Part shown: one piece after another, positions 24,911-31,071 of the stretch
How the letters are laid out: each line of letters opens with the position of its first letter
Numbering within the stretch: the stretch's first letter is position 1
Source of the DNA: a virus
Lineage: Duplodnaviria; Caudoviricetes
Reading direction: 5' to 3' (one strand)
DNA: 31,071 nt
Virus record (IMG/VR): IMGVR_UViG_3300031965_000659
Coordinates: 1 to 31,071 of that record
Translations under genes and position numbers: made by a program
Notes under the pieces: model-generated
What the model was told of the DNA's origin: nothing
The model's database searches: none
What the model saw: only the letters and a program-made list of their open reading frames with translations

Positions 24911-27900
24911 ATGGCCACGCTCGTCCTCGGCGCTGTCGGTACTGCCATCGGCGGGGCCTTTGGTGGTGCGATCCTTGGCTTTTCCGGCGCTGCCATCGGC
25001 GGCTTCATCGGCTCGACCGTGGGCTCGGTGGTCGACAGCTGGATCGTGTCATCGCTGGCCCCGGCCCAGCGGATCGAAGGCGCGCGGCTCGACACGCTGC
25101 GCATCACTTCGGCCACCGAAGGGGCGGTGATCCCGCGGCTCTACGGCCGGATGCGGATCGGCGGCAACATCATCTGGGCCACCGATTTCCGCGAGGAGAC
25201 CAGGACCACCACCCAAGGCGGCGGCAAGGGCGGCGGGGGCGGCAAGGTCAAGACGACCGAATACCTCTACTATGCCAGCTTCGCCGTGGCGCTGTGCGAA
25301 GGGCCGATCACCGGCATCGGCCGCATCTGGGCCGATGGCAAGGCGATGGACATGACCGGCGTGACCTGGCGCTGGTATCCCGGCAACGAGGCGCAGACGG
25401 CCGATCCGTTCATTGCAGCCAAAATAGGCGCGGCGAACACGCCCGCCTATCGCGGCACCGCCTATGTCGTGTTCGAGGATCTGGCGCTGGCGACATTCGG
25501 CAACCGCCTGCCGCAACTGTCGTTCGAAGTCTTCCGCCCGCTGGCCGATGCCGACACCGCCGAGGGGCTGACCCGCGCCGTCACCCTGATCCCGGCCTCG
25601 GGCGAGTTCACCTATGCCACCGAGGCGATCCGCAAGGGTAGTGGTGGTGCGACCGTGGCGGAAAACCTGAACGCGCTGCCCGACCAGCCCGACATCGTGG
25701 TGGCGCTGGACCGGTTGCAGGCCATGGCTCCGGCGGTCGAGAGCATCAGCCTCGTGGTGGCCTGGTTCGGCAACGATCTGCGCGCGGGCTCCTGCGAGGT
25801 GAAGCCGGGTGTCGAGGTCGCCACGAAGGCCACAACGCCTGCCAACTGGTCGGTAAACGGGGTCAGCCGGGCCAGCGCCCACCTGGTCAGCCGCGACGCC
25901 GAGGATCACCCGATCTATGGCGGCACCCCTGCCGACTTCGCGGTGGTGCAGGCGATCCAGGAGATGAAGGCACGCGGGTTGCGCGTGACCTTCTACCCCT
26001 TCCTGCTGATGGACGTGCCCCTCGGCAACACCAAGCCGAACCCCTACAGCGCCAATGCCGCCACCTTGGGCCAGCCGACTTTCCCCTGGCGGGGGCGGAT
26101 CACCTGCTCGCCCGCGGCGGGTTTTGCCGGAACGGTGGACAAGACCGGCACGGCGACAACGCAGGTCACGGCACTGTTTGGTGCGGCGACGCCCGGCAGT
26201 TTCAGCGTGTCGGGCGAGGCCGTCGCCTTCACCGGCTCGCCCAGCGATTGGGGCCTGCGTCGTATGGTGCTGCACTACGCGCATCTCTGCGCAGCGGCGG
26301 GCGGGGTCGATGCCTTCCTGATCGGCACCGAGATGCCGGGGCTCACCTCCATCCGCTCCAGCGCCAGCACCTATCCCGCCGTCACCGCCTTCAAGACCCT
26401 CGCGGCCGATGTCCGCAGCATCCTCGGTACGGGTACCAAGATCGGCTATGCCGCCGACTGGTCGGATTATTTCGGCCACCAGCCGCAGGATGGGAGCGGC
26501 GACGTGTATTTCCACCTCGACCCACTCTGGTCGGACGCCAACATCGACTTCGTCGGCATCGACAACTACTTGCCGCTGTCGGACTGGCGCGACGGCTTCG
26601 ACCATGCCGATGCATTGGAAGGTTGGCCCGCGATCTACGACCGCGCCTATCTGCAGGCAAACATCGCCGGGGGTGAAGGCTTCGACTGGTTCTACGCCAG
26701 CGCCGCCGACCGGTCCGCCCAGATCCGTACAGCGATCACCGATGGCGCGGCGGCAAAGCCGTGGGTCTTCCGCCCCAAAGATATTCGCGCCTGGTGGACG
26801 AACCCGCATTTCAACCGGCCGGGCGGGGTGGAGGGTGGCACGCCGACGGCATGGGTGCCGCAATCGAAACCCATCCGCTTTACCGAACTGGGTTGCCCGG
26901 CCATCGACCGGGGCACGAACCAGCCCAACGTCTTCTTCGACCCGAAGTCGTCTGAGAGCTTCACGCCGTATTTCTCGCGGGGCTGGCGCGACGATGCGAT
27001 CCAGCGGGCCTATCTGGAGGCGAGCTACCTGCATTGGGGCGATCCGGCCAACAACCCGCTGTCGTCTGTCTATGGCAACCGAATGGTGCATCTGCCCGAA
27101 TGCGCGGCCTGGACCTGGGACGCACGACCCTATCCGTTCTTTCCCGAACTGACCGATGTCTGGACCGATGGCCCGAACTGGCGGCTGGGCCATTGGCTGA
27201 CCGGGCGGCTGGGGGCGGTGTCGCTGGCGGCGCTGGTTCGGCACCTCTGCCTGCGCGCCGGGATGCCCGAAGCCCTGATCGACGTGTCCGGCCTCTGGGG
27301 CGCGGTCGAGGGCTATGCCATCACCGCGCTGGAAGCTCCACGATCCTCGATCAGCACGCTGGCCCGGCATTTCGGCTTCGATGCCATCGAGACCGAAGGC
27401 ATGATCCGCTTCGTCATGCGCGGGCGGGCGTCCGTTGTTACCTTGACCCATGACGACCTCGTGGCGTCCCGCGAAGGCGAGGCACTGGAACTTGTCCGCG
27501 CGCAGGAAACCGAACTGCCGCAGGCGCTGAAGTGGCAGGTCGCCCGCGCTGATGAGGACTATGACGCGGCCCTTGTCGAGGCCCGCCGCATAACGGTGGA
27601 CACCACCCGCATCGCGTCCGAGTCCTTCCCGATGGCAATCCCGCCCGAGGAGGCCGAACGCCGCTGCCGCCGCGCGTTGATGGAAGCCTGGATCGGCCGC
27701 GAAAGCGCCAGCTTCCGCCTGCCGCCCTCCCGACTGGCGCTGGACCCAGCCGAGGTGATCCAGCTGATGCATGACGGCCGCGAGATCGAGCTGCGGCTGG
27801 TGTCCATCGCCGATTCCGACGGCCGTGGCATCGAAGCCGTCCGCCAGGATCGCGCCGCCTATGACCTGCCACCGGGCGATCCGCGCCCGGTCTCGCTGAC

Positions 27901-28876
27901 CCGCTCCGTGGTGTTCGGCGCGCCGGATGCGGTCCTGCTGGATCTGCCGCAGCTCTCCGAGGACCAGCCCGCGCACCGGCCGATGGTCGCGGCGCGTGCG
28001 GTTCCCTGGCCGGGCGAGATGGCGGTGTTTCGCAGCCCCTCGACCGATGGGTTTGCCTTGCTGACCACCTTTGGCAGCCGCGCCCGGATTGGCACGCTGG
28101 TGTCGGATTTCCACGCCGGTCCGACCTCGCGCTTCGATCTTGGCAACGCGCTGGTCGTCGATCTGGCCTCCGGCATGCTGGAAAGCGTCACCGATCTGAC
28201 CCTGCTCGGCGGCGCCAATGCGCTGGCGGTGGAAACGGCCCCCGGCATCTGGGAGATCGTTCAGGCGGGTGCCGCCGAACTGATCGCCCCCGGCCGCTAT
28301 CGCCTGACCCGCCTTCTGCGCGGCCAGCGCGGCACCGAAGGCGCAATAGGCAATCCGACCCCGGCAGGCGCAAGGGTCGTGGTGCTGGATTCTGCCCTTG
28401 CCGCGCTGCCCATCGCCGAGGCCGATCTCGGTCTGCCATGGAACTGGCGCATCGGCCCTGCGGCACGGGCGGTCAGTGACGCCAGCTATACTGCGCTCGC
28501 CTTCACGCCCGCAGGTCGCGGCCTTGTGCCCTTCGCCCCGGTCCATGTCGCGCAGCCGTGGCGCATGGCACGCAGCCCGGGCGATCTGACGATCCGCTGG
28601 ACGCGACGGTCCCGCGCGCTGGTGGCCGATGCCTGGGAACAGGTCGAGGTGCCGCTGGCCGAGGCCTCGGAAAGCTACGATGTCCATTTCCTCGATGGGG
28701 CAGCGATCAAGCGCACGCTGACGGCGACCACCACATCCGTCCTCTACACCGCCGCCCAGCAAACCGCCGACTGGGGCGCGCCGCTCGGCCCCGGCAGCCT
28801 GTTGGCAATTCGCATCTACCAACTCTCGAACCGCCTCGGTCGCGGCGATCCCGCTGCCGTCACCCTCCAGTTCTGA
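24911..28876 (+). CDS. Baseplate multidomain / host-specificity protein (GTA g15 megatron-like)
   Basis: YGRMRIGGNIIWA, PAYRGTAY, GGTPAD, GYAADWSDY, GIDNYLPLSDWRD, WTWDARPYP, LLRGQRGTE; 1321 aa. Confidence 0.93.
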   Translation: MATLVLGAVGTAIGGAFGGAILGFSGAAIGGFIGSTVGSVVDSWIVSSLAPAQRIEGARLDTLRITSATEGAVIPRLYGRMRIGGNIIWATDFREETRTTTQGGGKGGGGGKVKTTEYLYYASFAVALCEGPITGIGRIWADGKAMDMTGVTWRWYPGNEAQTADPFIAAKIGAANTPAYRGTAYVVFEDLALATFGNRLPQLSFEVFRPLADADTAEGLTRAVTLIPASGEFTYATEAIRKGSGGATVAENLNALPDQPDIVVALDRLQAMAPAVESISLVVAWFGNDLRAGSCEVKPGVEVATKATTPANWSVNGVSRASAHLVSRDAEDHPIYGGTPADFAVVQAIQEMKARGLRVTFYPFLLMDVPLGNTKPNPYSANAATLGQPTFPWRGRITCSPAAGFAGTVDKTGTATTQVTALFGAATPGSFSVSGEAVAFTGSPSDWGLRRMVLHYAHLCAAAGGVDAFLIGTEMPGLTSIRSSASTYPAVTAFKTLAADVRSILGTGTKIGYAADWSDYFGHQPQDGSGDVYFHLDPLWSDANIDFVGIDNYLPLSDWRDGFDHADALEGWPAIYDRAYLQANIAGGEGFDWFYASAADRSAQIRTAITDGAAAKPWVFRPKDIRAWWTNPHFNRPGGVEGGTPTAWVPQSKPIRFTELGCPAIDRGTNQPNVFFDPKSSESFTPYFSRGWRDDAIQRAYLEASYLHWGDPANNPLSSVYGNRMVHLPECAAWTWDARPYPFFPELTDVWTDGPNWRLGHWLTGRLGAVSLAALVRHLCLRAGMPEALIDVSGLWGAVEGYAITALEAPRSSISTLARHFGFDAIETEGMIRFVMRGRASVVTLTHDDLVASREGEALELVRAQETELPQALKWQVARADEDYDAALVEARRITVDTTRIASESFPMAIPPEEAERRCRRALMEAWIGRESASFRLPPSRLALDPAEVIQLMHDGREIELRLVSIADSDGRGIEAVRQDRAAYDLPPGDPRPVSLTRSVVFGAPDAVLLDLPQLSEDQPAHRPMVAARAVPWPGEMAVFRSPSTDGFALLTTFGSRARIGTLVSDFHAGPTSRFDLGNALVVDLASGMLESVTDLTLLGGANALAVETAPGIWEIVQAGAAELIAPGRYRLTRLLRGQRGTEGAIGNPTPAGARVVVLDSALAALPIAEADLGLPWNWRIGPAARAVSDASYTALAFTPAGRGLVPFAPVHVAQPWRMARSPGDLTIRWTRRSRALVADAWEQVEVPLAEASESYDVHFLDGAAIKRTLTATTTSVLYTAAQQTADWGAPLGPGSLLAIRIYQLSNRLGRGDPAAVTLQF

Positions 28877-28887
28877 AGGCCCGTCCC

Positions 28888-30792
28888 ATGTCCGACACCT
28901 CCACCCATCTTGGCCTGCCGTATCTTCTGGCGGCCCAGGCCCAGAAGCATGTCACCCACAACGAGGCCCTGCGCCTGCTCGATGCCATGGTGCAACTGTC
29001 GGTTCTCGACCGCACGCGGACCACGCCGCCTGCGAGCCCCGCCGATGGCGACCGCCACCTCGTGGCCTCGGGCGCGACCGGGCTCTGGGCCGGGTGGGAT
29101 CTGAACATCGCCTTCTGGGTTGATGGCGTCTGGATACGCCTGGTGCCGCGCCAAGGCTGGCTGGTCTGGATCGCAGCCGAGCAGGCATTCGTGGTCTGGA
29201 ACGGCACCGTGTGGGATCCGGTCGGAGTGCCGCAGGATGTTTCCGACGCCATCTTCAGCCTCGTCAACGATGCCGATCCGACGAAGAAGGCCCTGTTTTC
29301 GCTGTCGGGGATCACCACTGGGACGACGCGCACCTTCACGCTGCCGAATACCTCGAGCGAGTTGGCGATCCTCGCGGGCACCCAGACCTTCAGCGGCAAC
29401 AAGACCTTTTCCGGCACGTTGACCGCATCGGGTGCCACCGCCACAATCGGCACGTCGACCGGCACCGGGACCTATGGTCTCGGCACCGGGGCCACGACCA
29501 ATGGCACAACCAAGACCGTGAACCTCGGCACCGGCGGCGCTTCGGGGTCGACCACGGTGGTCAACATCGGTTCGGCCACGGCGGGTGCAGGCGGGACGAC
29601 GGTCGTAAACACCCCGACGGTCACCTTCGCCAATGCTGTCACGCAGGTCGGCATGCCGCAGGCCAACCTGACGGCCCAGCTTCTGGGCCTTGGAGGGGCG
29701 ACGGCCGACAGCTACAATCGCGTTTCGGTCAACACCCCGGCCCTCCTGTTCAACAACGCCGGGGCCGGGATCGAGGCCACCGTCAACAAGGCGGCGGCCG
29801 GGAACGACGCGGCTTTCGCTTTCAAGACCGGGTTTTCGGCGCGGGCGCTGATCGGCCTCTTGGGCAATGACGATTTCAGCTTCAAGGTCAGCGCGGATGG
29901 CTCGGCTTTCTTCGAGGCAATCAGGATCGACCGCACCAACGGCCAGGTGGAACTGCCGCAGCCGACGATCCTGCCGGGGCTCAGTGCGGCCCCGAGCGCG
30001 CCACCCTCCGGCAAGGCGGCCGTCTATGCCCGCAACCGGGCGGGCGCGCCATGGATCGACGTCATGCGTCCCTCCGGCCGGGATTTCCCGCTGCAGCCCC
30101 ACTTCGGCGTCAACCGGATCGCCAACTGGTCGCCATCCGTCACCACCACGATCACCACCGAAGGCCTGCCCATCACATCGGTCGGAACCGTCTCGCACCC
30201 GACGCTCGCCGCGACCAACCTTGCCGCCAGCATGCGCCGCTGGCGTCTGACCTCGGCGGCGGTGGTGGACTCGGCGGCCGAGCAGCGATCCGCAGGCTGG
30301 GCCTGCTGGCGCGGCAACGCGGCGGGGCTGGGCGGCTGGACCTTCGTCACGCGGATTTCGCTGACGACACTGCAGGCCACCGGCATGGGCTTCTTCGGGC
30401 TTTACGGATCGACCGCCGCGCTCGCCACCACGCTGACGCTGGCCACCGTCCTGAACTGCATAGGCATCGGCTTCCAGCGCGGAACGCACACCCGCTGGCA
30501 GTTGGTCGCAAACGACGGCACTGGCGCGCCGACCCTTACCGATATGGGGGCGAGTTTCGGCATCGCGACGGGTGGGGTGCTGACCCTGTTCATCGCGGCC
30601 CCGCCAAATGGCAGCCCAGTGTGGGTGCGAGTGGTCGACGAGGTCTCGGGCGCAGTGTTCGAGCAGGAGATCACAGCGGACCTGCCAGCCAACACGCAGT
30701 TCCTGTCACCTCGCCTCTACCTCAACACTGGCGCGACGGCCGCCGCCGTTGCCTATGACTGCGCCGGGGTCTACCTTGAAACCGACTTCTGA
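28888..30792 (+). CDS. DUF2793 tail fibre-like protein
   Basis: LGLPYLLAAQAQKHVTHNEALRLLD; Thr/Gly-rich middle; FSFKVSADG; 634 aa. Confidence 0.88.
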   Translation: MSDTSTHLGLPYLLAAQAQKHVTHNEALRLLDAMVQLSVLDRTRTTPPASPADGDRHLVASGATGLWAGWDLNIAFWVDGVWIRLVPRQGWLVWIAAEQAFVVWNGTVWDPVGVPQDVSDAIFSLVNDADPTKKALFSLSGITTGTTRTFTLPNTSSELAILAGTQTFSGNKTFSGTLTASGATATIGTSTGTGTYGLGTGATTNGTTKTVNLGTGGASGSTTVVNIGSATAGAGGTTVVNTPTVTFANAVTQVGMPQANLTAQLLGLGGATADSYNRVSVNTPALLFNNAGAGIEATVNKAAAGNDAAFAFKTGFSARALIGLLGNDDFSFKVSADGSAFFEAIRIDRTNGQVELPQPTILPGLSAAPSAPPSGKAAVYARNRAGAPWIDVMRPSGRDFPLQPHFGVNRIANWSPSVTTTITTEGLPITSVGTVSHPTLAATNLAASMRRWRLTSAAVVDSAAEQRSAGWACWRGNAAGLGGWTFVTRISLTTLQATGMGFFGLYGSTAALATTLTLATVLNCIGIGFQRGTHTRWQLVANDGTGAPTLTDMGASFGIATGGVLTLFIAAPPNGSPVWVRVVDEVSGAVFEQEITADLPANTQFLSPRLYLNTGATAAAVAYDCAGVYLETDF

Positions 30793-30959
30793 CCCGCAGG
30801 ACTGCGAAAAAAGGATGGATCATCATGAACGACAGGGTTTCCATGTCTCCGAGTCGCGATGCTTCAGGGACCTAAAGTATCCGCTGTTTGCTCGTTATGT
30901 TCCAGGCTATCGTGGAAATTCGTGATTAAAGCCGGATTCTTGAAATATGGGGGTCGACG

Positions 30960-31071
30960 TGACCTGCCCCCCTGAATTTCCCTCGCCGTGATGTAGAGTC
31001 TGCCCAACCTGAAGGAGCAGACGAGATGAGGAAAAGCCGTTTCACCGAAGCGCAGATTATCGGGATGATCA
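30960..31071 (+). mobile_element. IS3-family (IS407-group-like) insertion sequence, left end
   Basis: Begins TGACCTGCCCCC; AAGGAG RBS then OrfA. Confidence 0.88.
31026..31071 (+). CDS. IS3 transposase OrfA, 5' partial
   Basis: MRKSRFTEAQIIGMI. Confidence 0.88.
   Translation, partial: MRKSRFTEAQIIGMI

Larger units (their letters stand above)
1449..30792 (+). mobile_element. Prophage late region: lambda-like head plus GTA-like tail
   Basis: Co-oriented, often translationally coupled genes from terminase to tail fibre in canonical order. Confidence 0.92.

Noticed and set aside
25049-30489. Antisense ORFs of 1257 and 557 aa, and similar ones at 4-1347, 6182-7717, 14359-16428 and 20693-22588
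   Set aside because: Typical shadows of high-GC coding strands; the opposite strand carries recognisable motifs.
30795-30812. Terminator after the tail fibre gene
   Set aside because: Short stem followed by an A-run rather than a U-run; does not fit either strand.
1-31071. tRNA, rRNA, cos or prophage att sites
   Set aside because: None recognisable by eye; prophage ends and early genes appear to lie outside the window.

Overview
High-GC, alphaproteobacterial-type (probably Rhodobacteraceae) prophage morphogenesis region. It joins a lambda-like packaging/head module (terminase subunits, gpW, portal, Clp protease, decoration, capsid E) to a siphoviral tail with a GTA-like tip (tube, frameshifted chaperone, tape measure, DUF2460, DUF2163 hub, NlpC/P60, megatron-like protein, DUF2793 fibre); a lysis cassette is embedded in the tail operon. 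The left edge is a RIT-type tyrosine-recombinase element abutting the 3' end of a DUF3489 gene; the right edge is the start of an IS3-family element. Three cargo blocks interrupt the late operon: (1) RelE-like toxin, HTH antitoxin and a GIY-YIG gene with a premature stop; (2) HEPN-like protein, NYN-LOTUS RNase and SRAP; (3) a secreted 12-repeat Sel1 protein. The most unusual area is the baseplate locus (21.0-24.9 kb): a ~200-aa insertion in the hub, an orphaned second hub 3' end, a duplicated megatron 5' end and a decayed internal megatron fragment, suggesting repeated module swapping. Family names come from motif recognition and memory of homologues, not database searches.
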